Below are positions 1-9,540 of a stretch of DNA of 20,849 nucleotides, piece by piece. Origin of the DNA: Candidatus Muiribacteriota bacterium (lineage in GTDB: Bacteria > Muiribacteriota > Muiribacteriia > Muiribacteriales > Muiribacteriaceae); assembly GCA_051747805.1 (NCBI GenBank), contig JBNJGP010000047.1, positions 1 to 20,849 on the forward strand. Direction: 5' to 3'. Made by a program: the position numbers and the translations under genes. Below the pieces are notes generated by a model. That model ran no database searches, was not told where the DNA came from, and saw nothing but the letters and a program-made list of their open reading frames with translations. Each line of letters begins with the position of its first letter. Positions within the stretch are counted from its first letter, which is position 1.

Positions 1-60
1 TTTGTTTCGTAATAAATTTTAAGCTTCAGCTTTTATCTGGACCTTTCTGCTCTCATTGCT

Positions 61-95
61 TTTTCACTTCTTACTTCTTACCTCTCACTTCTCAC
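61..95. repeat. Five tandem degenerate heptamers (TTTTCAC-TTCTTAC-TTCTTAC-CTCTCAC-TTCTCAC; GTRAGAA on minus strand)
   Basis: Read directly at 61-95; lies 17 nt past the stop of the minus-strand PLD gene. Confidence 0.8.
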
Positions 96-112
96 GGCTT
101 CTATCGGCCTCT

Positions 113-1513
113 CTAATCAACAATATATTTATTATTATTTGAATCTAAAAAATAAAGCTCCTGAAATTCATCTGTTAAATTAAATTCATCAACAAACATA
201 TGAAGGATTTTATTTTGAGAGGCTCTGGAATTATCCTCCCATCTGGCCTCGTTAATTACAATATAATCATCAGAATAAACTACAGTTTCACCGTTAAAAG
301 TTTTAATATGAGTATTATCAGCATATAGAGACCAGTTTGTTATATCTAAACCATCATTATTTTTTAAATGCTCAACAAAAATATTGATTCTGTTTTCACC
401 GTCTGTATAACTATTTAACTCGATATTTTCTAGACTAAAAACTGCTTTTTTTTTAGAATTAAAGGAAATATCAAAACCTTCGCCAAACTGTTTTTTAACC
501 TCGTCAAAATATTTTTTTGCAATATTATTATTTTGAATAATTAAGAGCGTTTCATCATTTGATCTGTCGGCGGCAAGTGTCCAGTTTTTGGATCCTGTAA
601 TAACTGTAGGATTATGTTCGGTATGTGCATCAATCACCACAAACTTATGATGAAGAAAAAGGTTGTTATTATCCTTAACCACATTTAAAGTGGGAATTTC
701 TTCTGCGGCCTCTGCCATATCTCTGTAGGTGCTGTACTGTCCGCGTGCCTGAAAAGTGTCATACACACCATATACATGAATACCCTCTTTTGCTTTCTGT
801 AGAAGTGCATCTCGGATTAAAGAATCAGTAAATGTAAACATACAGAAATAAATACCATGTTCTGCGTTGTTTATTTCATCAATAATTGCCTGTTTACATT
901 CTTCGCCCGGAGCAAACATGGTTTCTATATCAACGCCATCAACTTCTACAACAGGGTGGTCCCATATGTTTTTTTTAATACTGAAAAGACGCTCTTCATA
1001 CATTTGATTAAACTCTTTTAAAAAAACATTTGATAGCTCAACTGAGTCAATATGCAGAGCATTGTTGGCATTATTTATAAGGCATCTGTCTGTACTATTA
1101 TGGGAACCTGTCCATATGTACTGTTTATCGGCTATTACAAACTTATGATGATTAAACCCTCTAACAACACCATCATCTGTTTTTCCGTTTGTAACAACAA
1201 AAATACCGGCCTCTTTTAAGGCGTTAAAAGCTTCCGCGTAATTATTCTGATGATAATATCTGTCATCTGTGATAAATCTTATATTATCTGGACCAAGTCT
1301 ATCAGCAGCTCTTACAAAAGCATCAACTACGTCTTCATTATTAAACTGATAAATTGTAGCATCAATGCTTTCCTCGGCTGAATCAATAAAACGTATATAT
1401 TCAGTAACAACGTTTGTACTTAAAGTATCTGGGTCTGTAAAATAAACATCTACACTGGCCTGGGCAAAGAGTATTGATATTATTAATACTATGAGAAGTA
1501 CTGCTTTTTTCAT
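113..1513 (-). CDS. Secreted phospholipase D-superfamily protein (two HKD motifs, Nuc/PLD-like) with possible C-terminal lamin-tail-like beta domain
   Basis: Signal peptide MKKAVLLIVLIISILFAQA; HHKFVIAD...WTGSHN and HHKFVVID...ITGSKNWT...NDE; RBS AAGGGAG upstream on minus strand; C-terminal LDITNWSL...YFLDSNNN..IVD resembles an LTD (weak). Confidence 0.85.
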   Translation of the reverse strand: MKKAVLLIVLIISILFAQASVDVYFTDPDTLSTNVVTEYIRFIDSAEESIDATIYQFNNEDVVDAFVRAADRLGPDNIRFITDDRYYHQNNYAEAFNALKEAGIFVVTNGKTDDGVVRGFNHHKFVIADKQYIWTGSHNSTDRCLINNANNALHIDSVELSNVFLKEFNQMYEERLFSIKKNIWDHPVVEVDGVDIETMFAPGEECKQAIIDEINNAEHGIYFCMFTFTDSLIRDALLQKAKEGIHVYGVYDTFQARGQYSTYRDMAEAAEEIPTLNVVKDNNNLFLHHKFVVIDAHTEHNPTVITGSKNWTLAADRSNDETLLIIQNNNIAKKYFDEVKKQFGEGFDISFNSKKKAVFSLENIELNSYTDGENRINIFVEHLKNNDGLDITNWSLYADNTHIKTFNGETVVYSDDYIVINEARWEDNSRASQNKILHMFVDEFNLTDEFQELYFLDSNNNKYIVD

Positions 1514-1632
1514 TAAAAACTCCCTTTTAAAAACACAAAAAATTTAGTTACCTTAATTATAAGAAAAAAAAATTTAAACAGCAACAAGTTTTTTACTTAT
1601 AAAAAAATATATGATAATATTGTAATTTCAAT

Positions 1633-4224
1633 ATGCGAAAAAAAAACATAAAAAACCATAAATTTATTATTATATGCTTATTCCTTCTATTAAGTTCAAC
1701 TTTAGTTTCAGGTGCAGAAATTAATGTAAAAATTCCTCAGGCTTCAACTCCAGGAGAAACTTTTGATTACAGAACAACATTAATTTATTCGGGTTTTATT
1801 CTTTCCAGTTTTTTTCTGATTATAGCATTGCTTGTTATTTTTCAGTATAAAAGAAAGGTGCAGTCTGAAAAAAAATATTCAAAACGTTCTTTGTATTTAG
1901 AAAGTATTATTGAAAATTTACCAGTTCCGGTTTTTTTAAAAAATGATAATTTTCAATATAAAGCTGTGAATAGAACTTTTGAAAAAACTCTTGAAGTCCA
2001 ATTATATGATTTTAAAAATAAAACTTCAATTAGTGTTTTAAGTGAAGAAATCAATCATATTTTTAATAAAAAAGAACAGGAACTCCTTAATAATCCTGAA
2101 AAAAATCAGGTTTATGAGGGGACACTTGATTTATGGGGCAATAGAAAAAGTAGTTTCCTTTTTTCAAAAAGTCTGTTTATAGACGAAAATACCGATGAAA
2201 AATATATAATTGGAATAATAACAGATATAAGTGCAGTTCGACAGTATGAATATCAACTTGATAACAGCAAACAGGTTTTAAAGAAATTTTCCACAGCTAT
2301 TCAGAATTCTCCTGTAACTATCATGATTACTGATATAAAGGGTAAAATTGAGTATGTAAATAATCATTTTGAACAGACAACCGGTTATAAACCAGAAGAA
2401 GTTATTGGAAGAAAACCCAGCGTTTTAAAATCTGGACTGCATAATAAAACCTTTTATCAGAATATGTGGAAAACAATTATTTCGGGGAAAAAGTTTTCCT
2501 CAGAAATAATGAATAAAAAAAAGGATGGAACAATTTATATTGAAGAGGCTAAAATTTCGCCTGTGTTCAATCAAGGTGGTGAAATTATAAATTTTGTGGC
2601 TGTAAAAGAAGATGTTACCGAAAAAATAAAACTTCAGGAAAAACTTTATTATAGTGCTGCTGAGGCAGAAAATGCCAATAAGGCTAAATCTATTTTTCTT
2701 GCAAATATGAGTCACGAAATAAGAACACCTCTTAATGGAATAATTGGATTATCTGATCTACTGCTTGAAACAGAGCTTAATCAGCAGCAGGAAGAATTCA
2801 CCAGAATGATTAGTCAATCAGGAAGTCTCCTTATTACTATAATTAATGATGTTCTGGATTTTTCAAAAATAGAGCATGGAAAAATGAAGCTTTATGAAAG
2901 CCAGGGTAGTATTCATGAGCTTATAAAAACTATAATGAAGGTTTTTAATTATCAGATAGAGGAAAAACAGCTGAAATTAAACTATTATATTGCAGAAGAT
3001 GTACCTGAATTCTTCCTTGGAGACAAAACCCGTTTAAGTCAGATTCTAATTAATCTTGTATCAAATGCTGTAAAATTTACAGATAAGGGAGAGGTTTTTC
3101 TGGAAGTAACAAAAGAAGAGGAGGCTGAAAGTGATATAAAGCTTAAATTTCTAGTTAGAGATACAGGAATTGGTATAAATAAAAATCTGCTTCCAAAACT
3201 TTTTGATAGTTTCAGTCAGGCTGAGGAGGCGCCAAATAAAAAATATGGTGGTTCCGGACTTGGTCTTGCTATTTCAAAGAAATTAATTCAAATGATGGGG
3301 GGAAGAATCTGGGTCGAAAGCAGCGAAGGAAATGGGTCATCCTTTTATTTTACTGTTATGCTTAAAAAACTTGCTCCGGGGGAAGTAAAAAATGAATTAA
3401 AGATAGGAACAGAAGAAAAACGCTCCCTGAAAAAATTAAAAATTCTTGTTGCCGAGGATAATCAAATTAATCAGAAATATTTAGTTAATGTGTTGAAATC
3501 TAAGGGAAACAAAGTAGAAATAGCTAATAATGGCGAGGAGGCAGTTGAAATTTATCAAAAAAGGAATTTTGATTTGATTTTAATGGATATTCATATGCCT
3601 AAAGTTGACGGAGTAGAGGCTGCCTATAGAATTAGAAAAATAGAAAAGGAAAAAAACCTTCCTAACATTCCTATCATTGCTTTAACTGCTGATGCTATGA
3701 ATTTCAACGATGAAAAATTTAAAGGAAAAAATTTTGGTATAAACGAAGTTGTTACAAAACCATTCAAAGTATCACAGCTTTATGAAAAAATTAACAAAGT
3801 ATGTTCAGAAGACGCGGTTGATTTTAATCTTCTTCATAAAATTGAAAAAGGAAAATATGAAGAAGATTACAAATTTAAAATAATTGATTATGACACATTA
3901 AAGGAATTTATCGAAGATGCACCAATTGACTCGATAATTGAGCTTATTGAAAGTTTTCATAATAAAAGAGATGAATTTTTAGAAAACATTTCCGAAGCCG
4001 TTAAAACGGGAAACAATAAGGACCTTGCACATTTTACCCATAAATTTCTGGGAATTGTATCATTTTTTCATGCAAAACCTCTTAATGACATTATTGTTGA
4101 AATGCAGAATGTGGCAAGGGAAAATAAAAATACTTCAGAAGAAAAAGTAAAAAAACTCAAAAAAAACATTGATTTATTAACCCGGGATTTAATAGTATTA
4201 AAAAAAATACTGAAAGAATCTTAA
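1633..4224 (+). CDS. Hybrid sensor histidine kinase (TM, 2 PAS, HisKA, HATPase_c, receiver, Hpt)
   Basis: H-box FLANMSHEIRTPLNG; N-box LINLVSNAVKFT; G1 DTGIG; G2 GGSGLGL; receiver VAEDN...DLILMDIHMP...TKP; Hpt-like AHFTHKFLG; PAS ITDIKGKIEYVN. Confidence 0.93.
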   Translation: MRKKNIKNHKFIIICLFLLLSSTLVSGAEINVKIPQASTPGETFDYRTTLIYSGFILSSFFLIIALLVIFQYKRKVQSEKKYSKRSLYLESIIENLPVPVFLKNDNFQYKAVNRTFEKTLEVQLYDFKNKTSISVLSEEINHIFNKKEQELLNNPEKNQVYEGTLDLWGNRKSSFLFSKSLFIDENTDEKYIIGIITDISAVRQYEYQLDNSKQVLKKFSTAIQNSPVTIMITDIKGKIEYVNNHFEQTTGYKPEEVIGRKPSVLKSGLHNKTFYQNMWKTIISGKKFSSEIMNKKKDGTIYIEEAKISPVFNQGGEIINFVAVKEDVTEKIKLQEKLYYSAAEAENANKAKSIFLANMSHEIRTPLNGIIGLSDLLLETELNQQQEEFTRMISQSGSLLITIINDVLDFSKIEHGKMKLYESQGSIHELIKTIMKVFNYQIEEKQLKLNYYIAEDVPEFFLGDKTRLSQILINLVSNAVKFTDKGEVFLEVTKEEEAESDIKLKFLVRDTGIGINKNLLPKLFDSFSQAEEAPNKKYGGSGLGLAISKKLIQMMGGRIWVESSEGNGSSFYFTVMLKKLAPGEVKNELKIGTEEKRSLKKLKILVAEDNQINQKYLVNVLKSKGNKVEIANNGEEAVEIYQKRNFDLILMDIHMPKVDGVEAAYRIRKIEKEKNLPNIPIIALTADAMNFNDEKFKGKNFGINEVVTKPFKVSQLYEKINKVCSEDAVDFNLLHKIEKGKYEEDYKFKIIDYDTLKEFIEDAPIDSIIELIESFHNKRDEFLENISEAVKTGNNKDLAHFTHKFLGIVSFFHAKPLNDIIVEMQNVARENKNTSEEKVKKLKKNIDLLTRDLIVLKKILKES

Positions 4225-4263
4225 AATATAACCTGAACAATTTAAAAAAGGAGAAAAAGAACC

Positions 4264-5955
4264 ATGGAAAAGGAAAAAGCTAGTAATAGACCAGAAAAAG
4301 GCGATTTTATTAGAGATATTATATATAAAGATTTAGAAAAAGGGAAACATGAAAAAATAATACTTAGATTTCCACCTGAACCCAATGGTTATCTTCATAT
4401 TGGACATGCAAAAGCAATCTGTCTTAATTTTGGACTTGCCCGGGAAATCCCGGGGGCAGTATGTCATCTTAGATTTGATGATACAAATCCCGAAAAAGAG
4501 GATCAGGAATTTATTGAGGCTATAAAAGATGATATAAAATGGTTGGGTTACAGCTGGGGTCAGCATTTGTATTTTTCATCAGATTATTTTGAAAAACTTT
4601 ATGAATATGCATTGATTTTTATAAAAAATGGACTTGCCTATGTGGACAGTCTTACTCCCGATGAAATACGACAGTACAGGGGAACTCTTAAAGAAAAGGG
4701 TAAAGAGAGTCCCTATAGAAATCGTTCTATAGAGGAAAATCTGGAGCTTTTTGAAAAAATGAAAAGTGGTGAGTTTAATGAAGGAGAATGTGTTTTAAGG
4801 GCAAAAATAGATATGAGTTCCTCTAATATGAATATGCGTGATCCTGTAATTTATCGAATAAAGAAAAAAGCCCATCCAAGAGTTCAGAATAAATGGAATA
4901 TATATCCTATGTATGATTTAACACATTGTGTATCTGATGCACTTGAACATATTACCCACTCTCTCTGCTCACTTGAATTTGAGGACCATAGAGTTTTATA
5001 TGACTGGTTTCTGGATAATCTTCCAGTACCTTGTCATCCAAGACAGATTGAATTTGCCCGCCTTAATATTACCCACACTGTATTAAGTAAAAGACGTCTT
5101 TTAGAGCTTGTGGAAAAAAAATATGTTGAAGGCTGGGATGACCCTCGAATGCCCACACTAGCCGGAATGAGAAGAAGAGGTTATCTTCCCTCAGCAATAA
5201 AACAATTCTGTCAGATGATTGGTCTGGCCAAGGCTGACAGTGTTGTGGATTTTGGAATGCTTGAGCATGCTCTTAGACAGGAACTGAACGAAAAGGCTTC
5301 CAGGGCTATGGCGGTGTTAAATCCCGTTAAAGTTGTTATTACTAATTATCCAGAAGATAAAATTGAAGAAATGGAAACCTCAAATAATCCTAAAGATGAA
5401 TCATCTGGTAAAAGAAAAGTGCCTTTTTCAAGAGAAATATTTATTGAAAAAAATGACTTTATGGAAGATCCACCACGGAAATTTTTCAGATTAAAGCCAG
5501 ATGGCGAGGTTCGATTAATTAGTGCCTATATTATTAAATTTCAGAATTTAATAAAAGATAAAAAAGGAAACATTAAAGAAATCCATTGTACATATGATCC
5601 TGAAAGCCGTGGCGGCAAGGCTCCCGACGGACGTAAAATCAAAGGTACTATTCACTGGGTTTGTGCCTCTAAAGCTGTTAAGGCAACCTTAAGAAATTAT
5701 GACCGTCTGTTTAATGCAGAAAAACCAGGTGCTGAAACTGGAGACTTTTTAGATGATTTAAATCCTTGTTCATTGAAAATCAATAAAAACTGTGTGGTTG
5801 AACCTTCACTTGCAGAGCTTAATACTGATAAAAGATATCAGTTTGTAAGAAATGGTTATTATTATGCTGACCCCAAGCTCAGCGCAGAGGGGGCCCCTGT
5901 ATTTAATCAGATTGTATCTCTCAGGGACAGCTGGAAGAAAATAAAAAGGGGATAA
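4264..5955 (+). CDS. glnS: Glutamine--tRNA ligase
   Basis: RFPPEPNGYLHIGHAK (HIGH), RFDDTNP, YPMYD, HSLCSLEF, VLSKR (KMSKS-equivalent), GWDDPRMPT, GTIHWV, QFVRNGYY; RBS AAGGAG. Confidence 0.96.
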   Translation: MEKEKASNRPEKGDFIRDIIYKDLEKGKHEKIILRFPPEPNGYLHIGHAKAICLNFGLAREIPGAVCHLRFDDTNPEKEDQEFIEAIKDDIKWLGYSWGQHLYFSSDYFEKLYEYALIFIKNGLAYVDSLTPDEIRQYRGTLKEKGKESPYRNRSIEENLELFEKMKSGEFNEGECVLRAKIDMSSSNMNMRDPVIYRIKKKAHPRVQNKWNIYPMYDLTHCVSDALEHITHSLCSLEFEDHRVLYDWFLDNLPVPCHPRQIEFARLNITHTVLSKRRLLELVEKKYVEGWDDPRMPTLAGMRRRGYLPSAIKQFCQMIGLAKADSVVDFGMLEHALRQELNEKASRAMAVLNPVKVVITNYPEDKIEEMETSNNPKDESSGKRKVPFSREIFIEKNDFMEDPPRKFFRLKPDGEVRLISAYIIKFQNLIKDKKGNIKEIHCTYDPESRGGKAPDGRKIKGTIHWVCASKAVKATLRNYDRLFNAEKPGAETGDFLDDLNPCSLKINKNCVVEPSLAELNTDKRYQFVRNGYYYADPKLSAEGAPVFNQIVSLRDSWKKIKRG

Positions 5956-6034
5956 AAAAAATACATAGTAATTTTTTTGTTTTTTGCTTATAATAATAAT
6001 AATCAGGGAAAAATTTTTTTAACTAGGGGGATTT

Positions 6035-6895
6035 ATGCTGAAAAAAATAAATTATTTATTAATTTTTATTTTATGTTTTTCTTTAATAACGCATAGTGTG
6101 GATTCTGATATTTATTTATCTGAAGAAGAAATAAAAGATTTTGATATTGAATTTGAAGATTTTGAGCTTAAAGATATTGCAGAAACCGAGGAAAGATTAT
6201 CAAGAAGGGGGAATGTTACCTATGCTGTGTCTGGATTTTCGCCGTCAAGAGATATTATTTCCTTTTCTAACTTTGGATTAGATGAACGCACAAACAGAGT
6301 TGTAAGTTATAAAGAAATACTTTCAAAAGAAAACGGCACAAGTAGGAGTTCAAAACTTCAAAAAACTGACTGGGCACATTGTTTTGGTATGGCATACCTT
6401 ACAAAGCAGTTTTTTGATTATGGGAATTTTTCCTATAATAATGACCATTTTAATAATTATTATAATAAAATTAAAAATGTTTCAAAAAAAAATAACACTA
6501 GTTTTTATGGTCGTGGCTTATGGGAATTTTCTTCTCAGAACAAACGTGATATGAAAAGAGTAATTGTTCCTCTTCAGAAAAAACTGTTTTTTTCATTTTC
6601 CAGTATAAAGTATTTATTTAATCAGAATCAAAAAAAAGCTTTCAGAAATATGAAAAATGAAATAGCCTCTGATGAGCTTGTTCTTATTGGAATCAAAAGA
6701 AGTCTTACCTGGCAGCATATTCTGCTTGGTTATAAAGTTACTGAAAATTCTGATTTTGCTAAAATATATGTTTATGATTCAAATTATCCAGCAAGAACAA
6801 CATATAATGATGTTTATTTAATTTATGATAAAAATAAAAAAGAATTTTATTCCAATATTTATGGTGACGTTACAGGTTTTTTCATTAAAAGGTGA
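6035..6895 (+). CDS. Secreted hypothetical protein, putative papain-fold cysteine peptidase-like (Cys-His-Asp)
   Basis: N-terminal signal peptide; AHCFGMA, QHILLGY and YVYDSNYP in papain-like order; RBS AGGGGG. Confidence 0.6.
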   Translation: MLKKINYLLIFILCFSLITHSVDSDIYLSEEEIKDFDIEFEDFELKDIAETEERLSRRGNVTYAVSGFSPSRDIISFSNFGLDERTNRVVSYKEILSKENGTSRSSKLQKTDWAHCFGMAYLTKQFFDYGNFSYNNDHFNNYYNKIKNVSKKNNTSFYGRGLWEFSSQNKRDMKRVIVPLQKKLFFSFSSIKYLFNQNQKKAFRNMKNEIASDELVLIGIKRSLTWQHILLGYKVTENSDFAKIYVYDSNYPARTTYNDVYLIYDKNKKEFYSNIYGDVTGFFIKR

Positions 6896-6901
6896 AAAAA
6901 T

Positions 6902-6930
6902 TTGACATTTGAAAAAAAAAGTTATATGAT
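6902..6930 (+). promoter_or_regulatory. Sigma70-type promoter of rpsU
   Basis: TTGACA (6902-6907), 17-bp spacer, TATGAT (6925-6930). Confidence 0.85.
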
Positions 6931-6971
6931 TTTATCCATAAAAATTTATCGCGAAGGGGGTGAAATAAAGA

Positions 6972-7166
6972 ATGCCAGTAATCGAAGTAGGTGAAAATGA
7001 ACCTCTTGAAAAGGCCCTGAAGCGATTTCGTAAAGTTTGCGAACAATCAGGTGTACTTTCTGAGTATAAAAAAAGAGAAAGATATGAAAAGCCTAGTGAA
7101 ACAAAAAAGAAAAAGATGGCTGAAGCTAAAAGAAAAATGAGAAAGCTTATGGCTAAGAAAAGGTAA
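6972..7166 (+). CDS. rpsU: 30S ribosomal protein S21
   Basis: 64 aa basic protein with LEKALKRFRK and YEKPSE motifs; RBS AAGGGGGTG; upstream of dnaG-rpoD. Confidence 0.96.
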   Translation: MPVIEVGENEPLEKALKRFRKVCEQSGVLSEYKKRERYEKPSETKKKKMAEAKRKMRKLMAKKR

Positions 7167-7191
7167 ATGTTAATTAGTATTTAATCATAAT

Positions 7192-7233
7192 AAAACAGGA
7201 GTATTTTTATACTCCTGTTTTTTTATTTTTTTT
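7192..7233 (+). terminator. Rho-independent terminator after rpsU
   Basis: AAAACAGGAGTAT-tttt-ATACTCCTGTTTT perfect stem followed by a long T-tract. Confidence 0.9.
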
Positions 7234-7283
7234 ATTGAGTTTAACTTAAATCAGGGTATTTTGTATCCCGATAGAGAGGTTTT

Positions 7284-7403
7284 ATGGAAAAAAATTTTAA
7301 AAAAACAATTTCGGTATCCGGAATTTTATTTATTCTAACAATATTTTTAACAATAATTGCAACAATTTATGAAATATTTATTCAAAATTCCGATATAGAA
7401 TAG
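7284..7403 (+). CDS. Putative 39-aa single-pass membrane protein (not in ORF track): MEKNFKKTISVSGILFILTIFLTIIATIYEIFIQNSDIE
   Basis: GAGAGG RBS just upstream of ATG 7284; basic N-terminus then one hydrophobic helix; TAG at 7401-7403. Confidence 0.55.
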   Translation: MEKNFKKTISVSGILFILTIFLTIIATIYEIFIQNSDIE

Positions 7404-7448
7404 GTAATAATAAAAAATAAAATAATTTATGTGATGGAGGTTTATTTC

Positions 7449-9440
7449 ATGGATTGGACAACAGGAGCCATTATTGTTGGGGTGCTCGGACTGGTGTTTT
7501 CTGGTTACCGGGCATTATTTGTTTCTAAACAGGAAGCAGGTACAGACAAAATGAAAAGTATAGCCATGGCTATTTCAGAAGGAGCTATGGCTTTTTTAAA
7601 AAGAGAATATTCATATCTTTCTCTTTTTGTTATTGTGGTAGCGCTACTAATGGGAATTTTTCTGACAACGCCGACTGCCGTGGCCTTTGTAGTTGGAGCA
7701 CTATTATCTGGAATCGCAGGTTTTTTAGGAATGAAAATTTCAGTTTTATCTAATGTCAGAACCGCACATGCTGCAAGAACAAGCTTAACGAAAGCTTTAA
7801 CTGTAGCTTTTTCCAGTGGTAATGTTATGGGGTTTGCCGTTGCCAGTTTAGGTTTAATAGGGTTGACTATTCTTTTTAAATTATATGGAGCACCAGATAC
7901 AGTTGAAATTCTTTCAGGATTTGCGATGGGTGCAAGTTCAATAGCTCTTTTTGCCCGTGTTGGTGGAGGGATTTATACAAAAGGTGCAGATGTTGGTGCT
8001 GATTTAGTAGGAAAGGTTGAGCAGGGAATACCTGAAGACGATCCAAGAAATCCTGCAGTTATTGCCGACAATGTCGGAGATAATGTAGGTGATATTGCAG
8101 GAATGGGAGCAGACCTTTATGAATCCTATGTAGGGTCAATGGTAGCTGCAATAACTCTTGCTTTCTTCAGTCCAGAGCTTTTTACGACAGAAACAGCTGT
8201 TTCAAATGCTGCTGTTTTGCCGTTAATTATTGCAGGAATTGGTTTAATATCATCTTTAATTTCTGCCTTTTTTGTAAAAACATCAGACCCTGAAAAAGTT
8301 CATGTAGCTTTAGGAAGAGGATTGCTTATTTCTTCAATATTATCAGTTGTTGGATTTTATTTTATAATGATGAATCTTTTTGCAGCTGAAGTTGCCTGGA
8401 AACTATTTTTCTCTGTAGTAGCCGGACTTGTAGCTGGTTTTATTATAGGTAAAATCACAGAATATTATACTGATGCACATTTTTATCCTACTAAAAAAGT
8501 GGCTAATGCCTCACAAACTGGTGCTGCAACAAATATAATAAGTGGTTTTTCAACCGGAATGTACTCAACAGCATTACCTGTGATTATTGTAGGTATTGTT
8601 ATTTTAATTGCCCATGCAAATGCAGGTTTATACGGTATTGCTATATCTGCTGTTGGAATGCTTGCAACAGTTGCAATGACTGTATCAGTTGATGCCTATG
8701 GTCCGGTTGCTGATAATGCGGGCGGGATTGCCGAAATGTCAGGTCTTCCCGAAAGCGTTAGAACAATTACAGATAAACTTGACTCTGTAGGAAATACAAC
8801 TGCCGCGATTGGAAAAGGTTTTGCCATAAGCTCGGCCGCAGTAACTGCGCTTGCTCTTTTTTCTTCTTATACACAGAAAGTTGGCATAGAAATATTAAAT
8901 GTTTCAGAACCAACCGTTCTTGTAGGAGTTTTTATAGGTGCTATGATTCCATTTGTGTTCTGTGCTTTAACAATGGACTCTGTTGGAAAAACTGCAGAAG
9001 CAATGATTAATGAAGTTAGAAGACAATTTAAAGAGCTTACAGGGATTATGGAAGAAAAAACAAAACCTGAATATGGGAAATGTGTTGATATTGCAACTAA
9101 AAAATCCTTAAAGCTTATGATAGTTCCGGGACTTGCAGCCGTAATTATACCAATAGTTGTTGGATTATGGGATGCACATGCTCTGGGCGGATTACTTGTC
9201 GGTACACTTGTTACAAGTTTCCTTCTTGCAATATTTATGGCAAATGCCGGTGGTTCATGGGATAATGCTAAAAAATATATTGAAGAAGGTAATTTTGGCG
9301 GCAAAGGTTCAGAAGCCCACAAAGCTGCTGTAGTCGGTGATACTGTAGGCGACCCTTTCAAAGATACTTCAGGACCTTCTTTAAATATTCTGATGAAGCT
9401 TATGAGTATTGTTGCACTGGTTTTTGCCGGATTATTTTAA
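7449..9440 (+). CDS. hppA: Membrane-bound K+-dependent, probably Na+-translocating pyrophosphatase
   Basis: [55 protein letters not shown] motifs; many TM helices. Start moved from 7431 to ATG 7449 because GGAGG lies upstream of it. Confidence 0.95.
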   Translation: MDWTTGAIIVGVLGLVFSGYRALFVSKQEAGTDKMKSIAMAISEGAMAFLKREYSYLSLFVIVVALLMGIFLTTPTAVAFVVGALLSGIAGFLGMKISVLSNVRTAHAARTSLTKALTVAFSSGNVMGFAVASLGLIGLTILFKLYGAPDTVEILSGFAMGASSIALFARVGGGIYTKGADVGADLVGKVEQGIPEDDPRNPAVIADNVGDNVGDIAGMGADLYESYVGSMVAAITLAFFSPELFTTETAVSNAAVLPLIIAGIGLISSLISAFFVKTSDPEKVHVALGRGLLISSILSVVGFYFIMMNLFAAEVAWKLFFSVVAGLVAGFIIGKITEYYTDAHFYPTKKVANASQTGAATNIISGFSTGMYSTALPVIIVGIVILIAHANAGLYGIAISAVGMLATVAMTVSVDAYGPVADNAGGIAEMSGLPESVRTITDKLDSVGNTTAAIGKGFAISSAAVTALALFSSYTQKVGIEILNVSEPTVLVGVFIGAMIPFVFCALTMDSVGKTAEAMINEVRRQFKELTGIMEEKTKPEYGKCVDIATKKSLKLMIVPGLAAVIIPIVVGLWDAHALGGLLVGTLVTSFLLAIFMANAGGSWDNAKKYIEEGNFGGKGSEAHKAAVVGDTVGDPFKDTSGPSLNILMKLMSIVALVFAGLF

Positions 9441-9453
9441 AACAATTTATATA

Positions 9454-9515
9454 TAATCGGGTCAGGTTGTCCTGGCCCGATTAATCAGGAAATTTTAAAA
9501 AATTTTCCTGATTAA
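9454..9515. terminator. Two abutting inverted repeats between hppA and dnaG (possible terminator or processing site)
   Basis: TAATCGGGTCAGG-ttgt-CCTGGCCCGATTA (9454-9483, one G-U) and TTAATCAGGAAA...TTTCCTGATTAA (9481-9515); no clean U-tract. Confidence 0.55.
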
Positions 9516-9540
9516 TTCATTAATTAAATCCCGGGTAAAT

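Noticed and set aside
1..112. Read-through or further CDS beyond the PLD stop
   Set aside because: Additional in-frame stops follow within a few codons; the only nearby ATG gives a 7-aa peptide.
7253..7269. Small possible hairpin GGGTAT-ttt-GTATCC upstream of the microprotein (riboswitch?)
   Set aside because: Weak, needs two G-U pairs, and no recognisable riboswitch consensus.
8867..9361. 164-aa antisense ORF inside hppA
   Set aside because: Shadow frame of a conserved gene; no recognisable motifs.
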